DNA from: a virus
IMG/VR virus record: IMGVR_UViG_3300017963_000220
Coordinates: 1-64,000 of that record
DNA length: 64,000 nucleotides
Direction: 5' to 3' (one strand)
Below, piece after piece: positions 31,224 to 39,492 of the stretch. A program made the translations under genes and the position numbers. The notes under the pieces were generated by a model. It was given only the letters and a program-made list of their open reading frames with translations. It did no database searches and was not told the origin of the DNA. Each line of letters opens with the position of its first letter. Position 1 is the first letter of the stretch.

Positions 31224-31598
31224 GTGAAACTCAAAATCAAGTACAAGAAGAAGAAGAAAAGCCAGACGGCAGGCTACTTCGACGTGATCCATCCTCCAAA
31301 GGAGGAAAATATTACTACTCCTGAAGCCAAAAAGGCTGTAAAGGAGGCATGGGCTAGGATTGAGGAGAAGAGGAAGGCTAAAGCTGACCATGGTGTCTAC
31401 ACTATCGTGGAAGCTCCGTGTCCGTTGTGTGGTATTCTTCACAGACTCAACGCACTCATCAAACATCATGGTGAGGCCCACACAATCTGTATGGATTGTG
31501 CGTTGAGTAAAGACCTTCGTGACAAGCTGAAAAAGAAGGGTTGGTTACCTAGTCAAAGCAAAAGGAAGGTGAAGCGTGTCAAAATCAAATCTGTATAG
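31224..31598 (+). CDS. hypothetical Cys-rich protein with KLKIKYKKKKK leader
   Basis: GTG31224 after GGGAGGG. Contains CPLCG...CMDC. Confidence 0.5.
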   Translation: MKLKIKYKKKKKSQTAGYFDVIHPPKEENITTPEAKKAVKEAWARIEEKRKAKADHGVYTIVEAPCPLCGILHRLNALIKHHGEAHTICMDCALSKDLRDKLKKKGWLPSQSKRKVKRVKIKSV

Positions 31599-31893
31599 GG
31601 CTCTCGAGGCCCTGTTAGGTTTGGGCTGGTATCCGATTGATCGCAATCAGATCAAAGGTGAGGTCATTCACAGTGTCACTGGGGACGTGACCAGTAGCTC
31701 TCGCCCGGATGAATTCTGGGCTAGACGGTCAACCCCTCGAGTGGGTGGCTTTGACATAATTCGCCGTTGTAAGGCTCAGCATGGTTGTTATCCAGAGGAT
31801 ATAGAGGAGGAAGGGCTAGCCCCGGTGCTGGCACCTAGGTGTGAGTATGGTGATATTCGTGTTGATGATCCTTGGCTGGCTATTGGTGATTGA
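31576..31893 (+). CDS. hypothetical protein
   Basis: ORF-track entry; 23-nt overlap with the upstream gene. Confidence 0.4.
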   Translation: MSKSNLYRALEALLGLGWYPIDRNQIKGEVIHSVTGDVTSSSRPDEFWARRSTPRVGGFDIIRRCKAQHGCYPEDIEEEGLAPVLAPRCEYGDIRVDDPWLAIGD

Positions 31894-31914
31894 CCTGGTA
31901 GAAAGGGAGGTTCT

Positions 31915-32232
31915 ATGGAACTCTTACTCGAAAGCCTCAAAACGGCAATCGAAAATGGAGGACCAGCCCTCATAGTAGCGGCTGTCCTCATGATCTTGGT
32001 GACTCTGTTCACGAAGATGTTCGGCAAGTATGTTCCGCCTTATTGGCGGCCACTCGCCACGTCTGTTGTGGGTGTAGTCACTGTAACAGCGACAGCGCTG
32101 ATGGCAGGCGTGGATTGGTACTGGGGTATCGCCTCGGGAATCCTTGTCGGAACATCGGCTGGCGGTCAATGGTCCCTTTGGGGCAAATACATCGCCAAAG
32201 CGCTGAAGCTCAAAGACCATGGGCCGCTTTGA
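31915..32232 (+). CDS. membrane protein (holin-like size and topology)
   Basis: AAAGGGAGG upstream. Hydrophobic segments ALIVAAVLMILVTLF, VVGVVTVTATALMAG and GIASGILVG. Confidence 0.5.
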   Translation: MELLLESLKTAIENGGPALIVAAVLMILVTLFTKMFGKYVPPYWRPLATSVVGVVTVTATALMAGVDWYWGIASGILVGTSAGGQWSLWGKYIAKALKLKDHGPL

Positions 32233-32485
32233 CCCGCCTCGGCGGGATATACTAGGTGCATTGTTCGCTGTCTTCGGTATTGTGACCACCATCTTTGTGG
32301 TGTTGGTCATGATACACTTTGGCGAGCTGATGGGATGCCATGGTAGATCCAACAAAGATCACCCCAGAATTGATCCGCGAACCACAGATGATTGCATGGG
32401 ATCGGTGGCTGAGAGACATTCACGACGACATTTCAACGTTTTCGGACAACGCATCTCGCCTCGAGCGAGCGCGGGAGATTCGTGA
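32219..32485 (+). CDS. possible small membrane protein
   Basis: N-terminal TM-like ILGALFAVFGIVTTIFVVLVMIHF. The 3' half overlaps ORF 32340..32801, so its extent is doubtful. Confidence 0.3.
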   Translation: MGRFDPPRRDILGALFAVFGIVTTIFVVLVMIHFGELMGCHGRSNKDHPRIDPRTTDDCMGSVAERHSRRHFNVFGQRISPRASAGDS

Positions 32486-32801
32486 CGAGTTGTCTGAGAG
32501 TTACTCATCTCTATTCATCGATGTAGATATCTATCAGCTAGGCAAACGCCTGGTCGATAGCGTCATTCGTGGTTGGTTCAATCAACCCGTCGGAGTTCTC
32601 TGTGCTGGCATCACAGACTGTGACGCTCAGTGTGAGAACGCTCAGAAATGTGCTGTCTACGAGATTTGGGCCAGGATGTACCCTGGCTCGAATCTCAAGG
32701 ACAGTAGAATACGCATGTGTTCATATCTCATGATCTTCGTTCCGGAGTTCAGTGAGAGAACAGCTAAACGCTTAGGCATACACCAAGAGGAGGCTTTCTG
32801 A
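32340..32801 (+). CDS. hypothetical protein
   Basis: ORF-track entry; weak RBS; start uncertain. Confidence 0.45.
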   Translation: MVDPTKITPELIREPQMIAWDRWLRDIHDDISTFSDNASRLERAREIRDELSESYSSLFIDVDIYQLGKRLVDSVIRGWFNQPVGVLCAGITDCDAQCENAQKCAVYEIWARMYPGSNLKDSRIRMCSYLMIFVPEFSERTAKRLGIHQEEAF

Positions 32802-33535
32802 TGAGGCTTACTCGTGACAACACTTTTCGATTCATGGACAAAGCTGCACTCAAGGAAGTCGATGAAAACTACATAAAGGTTCTCATTGATCGTGGTCAGA
32901 TCAACTGTACGGATTGTGTTGGTCTGACCAAGTTCGTTGAGGACTGGCTATTTCTCCCACAAAATCTCAAGTTTCTGGTTGACGATTCATTTTTGCTCAT
33001 TACAATTCTTACGTTTCTTTTGGATCGTGGTCGACGAATAAATGTAGGTAACACACCTAGACTCAAGCCCCTACCTATACAAGAGGCACCATTGGGTCTC
33101 ACTCAAGTACCACGTCTGGTAGCTGAACAATTTAGACACGAAACTACCGCTGATGTGCAGATGTTACCTTTGTTTCCTGATGAGGACAGGCCGCGCCATG
33201 AGGTAGCTGTCATGTTTTCAGAGTCAGAGTATGATCCCAGCGTATATGGGCCTAGTCCTCCTGACGTGTCCTACAGGCGAGCCGTGACAAGCTATTTCAG
33301 GGTGGGTACAAGCCCTCATGGCTATTTGTTACAAGGACAAATAGCTTTGCACCGGGATATGGTCTTCGATATGGCTCGAGAGCTTTATGATGTCGTATAC
33401 CGAGAGTGGTTCACGAGGCTTGGTGACCTTCCACGTCCTATGGCTACTGCTCGTGTGTATGTGTGGGATTGGATCGAGATGGATCAAGATATAACCAGAG
33501 GCTCTAACATACTTACCATAGCAGTGGCGATGTAG
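32801..33535 (+). CDS. hypothetical protein
   Basis: TGATG junction with the upstream gene. Confidence 0.55.
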   Translation: MRLTRDNTFRFMDKAALKEVDENYIKVLIDRGQINCTDCVGLTKFVEDWLFLPQNLKFLVDDSFLLITILTFLLDRGRRINVGNTPRLKPLPIQEAPLGLTQVPRLVAEQFRHETTADVQMLPLFPDEDRPRHEVAVMFSESEYDPSVYGPSPPDVSYRRAVTSYFRVGTSPHGYLLQGQIALHRDMVFDMARELYDVVYREWFTRLGDLPRPMATARVYVWDWIEMDQDITRGSNILTIAVAM

Positions 33536-33543
33536 GGGGAGAC

Positions 33544-33786
33544 ATGGAAAACAAACCAGAAAACTTCATCTCAGAGTACATCAGCGAAGAGCAGCTCGAG
33601 CTGTTCCCAGAAGAAAAACCACCGCTTTGTACCGAGTGTGGCGACCCAGCGAAGATTCTTTACTGGTTCGATCCGCAAGTTGTGGACGAAACGGACGGAG
33701 AATCGACGTGGGAGTATCTCGGTAGGGCTTATTACTGTGAGGACTGTTCACGAGGTTTGAACATCCTTCCGGAGGCAACGTTGTGA
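33544..33786 (+). CDS. hypothetical zinc-ribbon protein
   Basis: CTECGD...CEDCS. GGGGGAG upstream. Confidence 0.5.
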   Translation: MENKPENFISEYISEEQLELFPEEKPPLCTECGDPAKILYWFDPQVVDETDGESTWEYLGRAYYCEDCSRGLNILPEATL

Positions 33787-33799
33787 TCGGAGTCAGATC

Positions 33800-34372
33800 A
33801 TGAAACTCAAGATTAGAAAGCGGAGGGGTGACGCTCACATAACGCAAGGTACACCTAAGGTTCCTCATTTCAAAACTATCGTCGCTGACCCACCCTGGAT
33901 GGAACGTGGCGGCGGAAAGATTCGTCGAGGAGCCGACAAACACTATCCACTACTCACAACACCGCAAATCATCCAGACAATGGCGACATCTGGCTACTGG
34001 AGACCACACCCCGATGGCTGTCATATGTATCTCTGGGTGACCAACAACTTTCTAAAAGATGGCATCTTTGTCATGGAAGCTCTTGGTTTCCGGTACATCA
34101 CGAATCGCGTCTGGGTGAAAGACCGCTTCGGGATAGGCTACTACTTCAGAGGGCAACATGAGATCGTCCTCTTTGGAACCTCGCTCTCAGGAAAAGCCAT
34201 CCCACCCAAGGTGAAAAACATGCCATCAATCTTCTACGCCGACAGAACGAAACACTCTCAGAAACCATCTCAGTTCTACAATGACGTAGAACTAATTTCT
34301 CAAGGACCATACCTCGAGATGTTTGCTCGCTGTCCTCGTGAAGGCTGGACCACATGGGGTAACGAGGTGTGA
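33800..34372 (+). CDS. MT-A70-family N6-adenine DNA methyltransferase
   Basis: Catalytic DPPW (IVADPPWMERGG). N-terminus MKLKIRKRR. No SD; the ATG abuts a GATC hairpin. Confidence 0.8.
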   Translation: MKLKIRKRRGDAHITQGTPKVPHFKTIVADPPWMERGGGKIRRGADKHYPLLTTPQIIQTMATSGYWRPHPDGCHMYLWVTNNFLKDGIFVMEALGFRYITNRVWVKDRFGIGYYFRGQHEIVLFGTSLSGKAIPPKVKNMPSIFYADRTKHSQKPSQFYNDVELISQGPYLEMFARCPREGWTTWGNEV

Positions 34373-34373
34373 G

Positions 34374-34796
34374 ATGATCCGAGTCAGATCAGTCATCCTC
34401 CTCACCGATGCTCTTCGAACCTGGCGAGAAGTGAAAGAAGAAACCTGGCCAGGGGAGCTAGAAGTCAAACCCTACCCTAGAGGGAGGAAGCTTTTCGTCA
34501 TATTGAGAGCATCAGCTAGAGACGACGACGATACATCCATAGGTGAAGAAGTCTACGAAGCAACGTTCAAAATGGAACCGATAGGTACGTCTACATCTCG
34601 CTCCGGGTATGACCGTTGGTTGGTATATGTAGATGAGTGGGAGGGCAAACTAAAGTCAGCTCCATCAGCTTCAGATACGTATATGAGACCAGACCAAGAC
34701 AAGGTACGCAGATTACTTAGGAGGTGGATTACTCAATTTGAGTGGTATCTATCGTTCCCTAGTAAGATCAGATGTCTAAAAACGTCTCTCTCTTAG
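34374..34796 (+). CDS. hypothetical protein
   Basis: ORF 34323.. trimmed to ATG34374, 1 nt after the methylase stop. Confidence 0.45.
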   Translation: MIRVRSVILLTDALRTWREVKEETWPGELEVKPYPRGRKLFVILRASARDDDDTSIGEEVYEATFKMEPIGTSTSRSGYDRWLVYVDEWEGKLKSAPSASDTYMRPDQDKVRRLLRRWITQFEWYLSFPSKIRCLKTSLS

Positions 34797-34848
34797 AGAG
34801 GCCAGAATGTGATCCTATTCAGATCACTCAGAAAGGCTAGTAGCCCCA

Positions 34849-35298
34849 ATGACCAAACCCAAAGATTCATCCCAAATTTCGCCCAAAAACCCCAAGCGTC
34901 TCACTCTCGTCTACCTGGCGTCCAATCGAGCCCTCATTGGGCAACTGGACAAAGCGAAGTCAGACGACTATGGCATAGTCCTGAACGCTGTGGCTGAGGT
35001 TGTGGACCAGTCCGCTATACTTCCCAACGGAAGTGTGGCCAAGCAGACGTTCCTCATCGGTATTGGGATGAACATGGGACCTATCAAAGAGGTCTCAGTC
35101 CAGACAGCAACAACAACACATATTCTCGAGTGTTCACCAGAGAACCTGGGACCTGCCTGTTACGATAGGGTAGAAAGGTCCTACAGAGACTTCCTGGGCT
35201 TCGAGCAGCGTGACAAGGTGTCAAAGATCCAGCTACCTACCACCAAACAGGTGGCGGACGTAGCCGACCCGTCAGGCAAGCTCCACAGAGTCCAGTGA
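34849..35298 (+). CDS. hypothetical protein
   Basis: ORF-track entry; coding-like composition. Confidence 0.5.
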   Translation: MTKPKDSSQISPKNPKRLTLVYLASNRALIGQLDKAKSDDYGIVLNAVAEVVDQSAILPNGSVAKQTFLIGIGMNMGPIKEVSVQTATTTHILECSPENLGPACYDRVERSYRDFLGFEQRDKVSKIQLPTTKQVADVADPSGKLHRVQ

Positions 35299-35329
35299 TC
35301 TGAGACAGATCAAAACAAGGAGTAGTAAC

Positions 35330-35896
35330 ATGAGAACTCTACTTGCACTACTAGTAGCGCTGTCCGTCACAGTTACGGTGGGAGTGTGGGCTAACGAAGA
35401 AGACGCCAATATCACTCGGCAACGCCTAGCTGATAACATTCAGACGCTACAACCCAGGGTTCCGATGGAGAGAGCCTTAGACCTTGCAGCCCACTTCGCT
35501 GAGGCTGGCGAGGATCACTACTTTGACCCGAAGCTACTGATAGCAGTCTCATATAGGGAAACCAACTTTGACCCTGACTTTGAGACGCTACAACGCTTTG
35601 GGAAATCTCGGGGGGAGATAGGGCTGATGCAGTGTCATGGGGCCTGTCTTCGATTTCGCCCAGCGAAATGTAGTGAGGTACTCGAGGGAGCATGGTGTCA
35701 AATTCAGACTGGGACCAGGTACCTAGCGTATCTAAGGTCCAAATGTCCGGGACCACGCCGCAGGTGGTTGACAACCTACGCTACAGGGAGATGTCTTCCT
35801 CTACAATCGAGGAAGATGCACTACAGTGTGTGGAGGGCGTACTTGTACTACAAGAAGATAGGAGGAGAGAGATGGGTATTGAAAAAGAGTCGATGA
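35330..35896 (+). CDS. secreted lytic transglycosylase (SLT domain)
   Basis: Signal-like MRTLLALLVALSVTVTVGVWA. Catalytic SYRETNFDP. GEIGLMQ motif. Confidence 0.75.
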   Translation: MRTLLALLVALSVTVTVGVWANEEDANITRQRLADNIQTLQPRVPMERALDLAAHFAEAGEDHYFDPKLLIAVSYRETNFDPDFETLQRFGKSRGEIGLMQCHGACLRFRPAKCSEVLEGAWCQIQTGTRYLAYLRSKCPGPRRRWLTTYATGRCLPLQSRKMHYSVWRAYLYYKKIGGERWVLKKSR

Positions 35897-36084
35897 GTGA
35901 CCATGAGTTCTCAATGTTGCTCTCTCAGCGTTTGAGAGAACACGGGATATCCTCTGAAACCAAGGACTACAAGCTCCTCAAACGAGAGTTTGGGGCTGCT
36001 TACGACCCTGGTGACAATCCAGTGGATGTCTACTCTGATAGGCTCAGGCGCAAGCCTGGACCACAGACTTTCTTCCGTCTGTAG
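35872..36084 (+). CDS. hypothetical protein
   Basis: ORF 35692.. trimmed to ATG35872 after AGGAGGAGAG. Confidence 0.45.
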   Translation: MGIEKESMSDHEFSMLLSQRLREHGISSETKDYKLLKREFGAAYDPGDNPVDVYSDRLRRKPGPQTFFRL

Positions 36085-36308
36085 TGGGTCGTAACCCTGG
36101 GGGAAACCTATAACCAAAGGTGAATACACCACAGCACCATTCTATCCCAAGAAAACGAGACCATTGTTGTCTTGGTGATGGTGGGAAAAAATCCCTAAAA
36201 CACGGAAAACTGATTGAGGTTCTGCCGCCCCTCTTCACTGAGGCCAAACTCCCCAGGGTCAGGGGGAGAGGGGCGGCTCCTTTACTTCCTTACATAAGGA
36301 GGGCCGCA
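36085..36308 (+). promoter_or_regulatory. structured ~220-nt leader upstream of thyX
   Basis: Nested inverted repeats (36225-34 / 36267-76). CTCCTT (36277-82) is complementary to the SD AAGGAG (36296-301). Confidence 0.45.
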
Positions 36309-37118
36309 ATGAAAATAAGAGTAGTAAGTCCTCAGGCGTGGATGTTGACCACGCCTTACGACGCGAAGAAACAACTAGCCCTGTGTGCATACGCCGCTGG
36401 GCTTTCAAGAGGTAGACAAGATATCTACCAGGTACCAGCTCATGAGGGTGATGTCTACGTGGGGGCATCTGAGTCAACACGTCACAGGACGTTCGCTGAC
36501 GCTGAGGAGCTTATCAGGAAACTCCTCAGCTACAAGCCGCATCCACATGAGTCAGTGATCGAACACGGATCAGTTACATTCCTGTTTCAGTGTTCCCGAA
36601 TCGCTACCCACGAAATCGTGAGACATAGGCTGTGCGCCTTCACTCAAACATCAACACGCTACATCGAGGAGAAGGATGAGGTCACACTCATCAGACCTCC
36701 ACACATGCCTCGAGAACATGGGAAGGTATGGAACTTCCATGGTGACCTCGAAGAGTTGGGTAACAGTGCAGACCCATTGAACGCCATCACCCATATCGGT
36801 GACCCGGAGAACACTCCAGAGTGGATCTTTACAGCACTACACTCCTTTGTGGAGTACGCCATGATGAGGGACAAGGGTGTCAAGCGAGAGTCCGCTCGAT
36901 ACATACTCCCACATGCGCTGGCCTGTTACATCCAGATCACAGCCAACTTCCGACAGTGGCGTCACATGATACGCCTCCGGACCTCGAAGAAGGCCGCTCC
37001 TGAAATGCAAGAACTATTCAAGGCGGTACGCGCCGATCTGAATCAGATCAGCCCTGTACTCGTCGAGGATCTCGAGGAAGAAGAGTTCGTCATACCAGCA
37101 GGGTCAACGGTAGAGTAA
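36309..37118 (+). CDS. thyX: flavin-dependent thymidylate synthase
   Basis: ThyX signature VRHRLCAFTQTSTRY (RHR...S-x-RY). ORF 36120.. trimmed to ATG36309 after TAAGGAGGG. Confidence 0.9.
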   Translation: MKIRVVSPQAWMLTTPYDAKKQLALCAYAAGLSRGRQDIYQVPAHEGDVYVGASESTRHRTFADAEELIRKLLSYKPHPHESVIEHGSVTFLFQCSRIATHEIVRHRLCAFTQTSTRYIEEKDEVTLIRPPHMPREHGKVWNFHGDLEELGNSADPLNAITHIGDPENTPEWIFTALHSFVEYAMMRDKGVKRESARYILPHALACYIQITANFRQWRHMIRLRTSKKAAPEMQELFKAVRADLNQISPVLVEDLEEEEFVIPAGSTVE

Positions 37119-37119
37119 G

Positions 37120-37287
37120 ATGACTGAAGAAGAGAAGGCTTTGATACTGGAGCTGGCAGATGTATGTCTCGCTTTTCTCAAAGGTGATATCGCCAAGCTC
37201 CGGGGATTCAATGAACCATTGGCCAATGAGTTGAGCGCCAAGCAGAAATACATCGAGAGTCTCATGAGGAAGATACGTAATGGCTGA
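37120..37287 (+). CDS. small hypothetical protein (55 aa, below ORF-track cutoff)
   Basis: My own translation: MTEEEKALILELADVCLAF...RKIRNG. ATG lies 1 nt after the thyX stop. Confidence 0.4.
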   Translation: MTEEEKALILELADVCLAFLKGDIAKLRGFNEPLANELSAKQKYIESLMRKIRNG

Positions 37288-37447
37288 GCACAAGTGGGTT
37301 CAAAGGGGTACACACTGTATCTATAAGACTCACTGGCTCTGTCTGAACTGTGGCCGCAAACATTATGGTCTGAAGAGGCCAGATAAGGATGGGTGTCGTG
37401 TCAGACGATCTGAAACAGATCAAACAGATGCTCTGGGAGCTAAACTG
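37280..37447 (+). CDS. small zinc-ribbon ORF (55 aa, below ORF-track cutoff)
   Basis: My own translation: MAEHKWVQRGTHCIYKTHWLCLNCGRKHY.... Overlaps both neighbours. Confidence 0.3.
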
Positions 37448-37721
37448 TAAGCTCGAGGGGCTTTCACATAAAGACGACTTCGTATTCCAAAACGGTATCC
37501 TTGTGCCGAAGGAACATATCCTACAGAAGGGTGACCGTGACTGGACTGGGGGGATCGACTGGGCATTTCCCATGACCACAGCGGCTCATGAGGACAGACT
37601 CAAGAAAGAGAAGGAGCAGAAATGGAAAGCTATTACTACTTCAAAGGGGACGACGCGGAAGGTCCCACGAGATGTGTACGAGCGTATGATGCGTATGGAC
37701 TGGATCTTTGGGCGTGGGTGA
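37389..37721 (+). CDS. hypothetical protein
   Basis: ORF-track entry. Confidence 0.45.
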   Translation: MGVVSDDLKQIKQMLWELNCKLEGLSHKDDFVFQNGILVPKEHILQKGDRDWTGGIDWAFPMTTAAHEDRLKKEKEQKWKAITTSKGTTRKVPRDVYERMMRMDWIFGRG

Positions 37722-37957
37722 GAGCCTTAGTCCTGATGATCCTAGCCATCGTCCTCATGTTCATGTGGGGCTGCGCTGTGTGTACGTCCCAAGCCACCCG
37801 CTGTTCCGGGAACGTGACGGAGATCTGTGACAGCCGAGGGCACTGGCGTGTTCTCATGGACTGTGACGAGGTAGACGGTGACCAAGACTTCTCATGTCAG
37901 GAAACCGTCGTGGATGGTGAGGCAGCTCATACCTGTCTCCCAGGAGATGATCTATGA
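37717..37957 (+). CDS. putative exported Cys-rich protein or lipoprotein
   Basis: ORF 37622.. trimmed to the GTGA overlap at 37717. N-terminus VRALVLMILAIVLMFMWGC, then 7 more Cys. Confidence 0.4.
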
Positions 37958-38586
37958 GTGACAAGCTATCAGGTACGAAGGTCAAGGAGTTCTGGGAGTA
38001 TATGTCCCAGCATTACGATACCACGGTCCTTCAGAAGAACAGTGATCTGAGTAAGATCCTCAAGCTCAAGGACTTCTCGCTGGATGCCCTCAAGGAACTG
38101 GGGACGGAGATCTACGCCGTGGCGCTGTTCTTGGACAAGCTCAAGGTGATGGATGTGGGCAAGTTCATGAACAACTACGCCACAACCCTCGGGGACAGGA
38201 TCTACATCCCGTTCGAGCCAGGCAAGAAGAACAAGAACTACAGTCTCAAGAAACAGATGGTCATCTGTGTCCATGAGCATCAACACGTTCTACAGTTCCG
38301 TAAGGAGCCATTCGCTTTCGCTATCAGGTACCTGGCGGACAGGGCGCAGAGGGCTATGTTCGAGGCCGAGTGTTACAGGTGTAACATGGAGATCGAGTAC
38401 GCTCTCACTGGGACGATGCCCAAGGCCGAAGGCTACGCCAAGAGCCTCAAGAACTACGCCTGTACCGATGAGGACATCGCAGTGGTGGAGAAGGCTCTGA
38501 AGCTCTCCGCTCAAACCATCAAAGCTGGGGGCGTCACCACCAAGGCAAGTGGTGTGGCTCTCAAGTGGATGACGAAGAATCTTTAG
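37954..38586 (+). CDS. hypothetical protein with HExxH motif
   Basis: VICVHEHQHVLQF is a possible metallopeptidase motif. ATGA overlap. Confidence 0.45.
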   Translation: MSDKLSGTKVKEFWEYMSQHYDTTVLQKNSDLSKILKLKDFSLDALKELGTEIYAVALFLDKLKVMDVGKFMNNYATTLGDRIYIPFEPGKKNKNYSLKKQMVICVHEHQHVLQFRKEPFAFAIRYLADRAQRAMFEAECYRCNMEIEYALTGTMPKAEGYAKSLKNYACTDEDIAVVEKALKLSAQTIKAGGVTTKASGVALKWMTKNL

Positions 38587-38599
38587 AAAGGTGAGAAAC

Positions 38600-38932
38600 A
38601 TGAAGACACTGCACAATAGCGACGTGAGCCAAGCCAGGAAGAACGTCCCGGACATTCAAACCTTTGGTGACGCGGATATGTTCAAGCTGCTCTGTAAGGC
38701 CAGCTCTAAGTCCGAAGGGTGGATGAAGTCTACCAAGGCCATGGAGGTTCCGCCACGTGCTCCGTATGGGGGCTGTGTGGTACAGGTGACCACTCAACAG
38801 AAGAATCCCGACGGAAGCTACGTTGTAGCAGAAGCGGTGACCTTTATTCCTGGGGCTCGTATCTATGAGGATTTGGATGAGGAAGGTCAAGTCACAGGGA
38901 GGCATCTGGGCTTTCCTCTGAGCGAGAGCTGA
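38600..38932 (+). CDS. hypothetical protein
   Basis: ORF 38591.. trimmed to ATG38600. Confidence 0.5.
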   Translation: MKTLHNSDVSQARKNVPDIQTFGDADMFKLLCKASSKSEGWMKSTKAMEVPPRAPYGGCVVQVTTQQKNPDGSYVVAEAVTFIPGARIYEDLDEEGQVTGRHLGFPLSES

Positions 38933-39492
38933 TGATCATCTTGGCTGTACTCGAGGGCTACTCACGGAGCACCTCACCTGTTGACCTGAGCGACATGACG
39001 GAGGCGCTTTTGAAAGGCGAAGTCTATAAACGCCTGATAAAGAAAGCATGGCTTGGGAAACATCAGGTGAGGCGCTTCGTGGGATTTGTCCAAGAGAATG
39101 AATCAGAAGAGAATGTCCTATTGCTCGTAGGTAAGTCACTCGGCGGTAGGAACATCATTAGGGTGTTCAACCTGATCGATGTGAACGCCTACAAGGCAGT
39201 TGTATTGTTTACCATAGATGTCAACTGGCCAACGTGGAGAGACCTATCACCTAATCTGAATAAGATCAGTGTTGCTATGAACGACGACGCTGACATGGCT
39301 GTGAACGTATACCTGAGAACACCCAATAAGCGCCTACAAGCTGGCTGCCGGGTAGACAGGGCGTTCAACATACCTATCGTAGATCCTACGGTGACACATA
39401 GGAACATCATAGGAGCCAGGCCAGTGCGTGATAATCTCTACCACGCGGTCAAGTTCGCCATTGGGTGTCAAAACAAGAAGGGAACAGAATGA
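38932..39492 (+). CDS. possible alpha/beta hydrolase
   Basis: GxSxG-type VGKSLGG. TGATG junction. Confidence 0.4.
   Translation: MIILAVLEGYSRSTSPVDLSDMTEALLKGEVYKRLIKKAWLGKHQVRRFVGFVQENESEENVLLLVGKSLGGRNIIRVFNLIDVNAYKAVVLFTIDVNWPTWRDLSPNLNKISVAMNDDADMAVNVYLRTPNKRLQAGCRVDRAFNIPIVDPTVTHRNIIGARPVRDNLYHAVKFAIGCQNKKGTE

Noticed and set aside
36120-36308. ORF-track 5' extensions taken as real N-termini (36120 for thyX; also 19491, 4794, 4273, 3046, 35692, 15732, 24544, 34323, 42645).
   Set aside because: The extensions lack an RBS, have Arg/Gly/Cys-rich non-protein-like composition, and often run through TLS or hairpin elements. An internal ATG or GTG preceded by AAGGAGG, or forming an ATGA/GTGA overlap, fits better.
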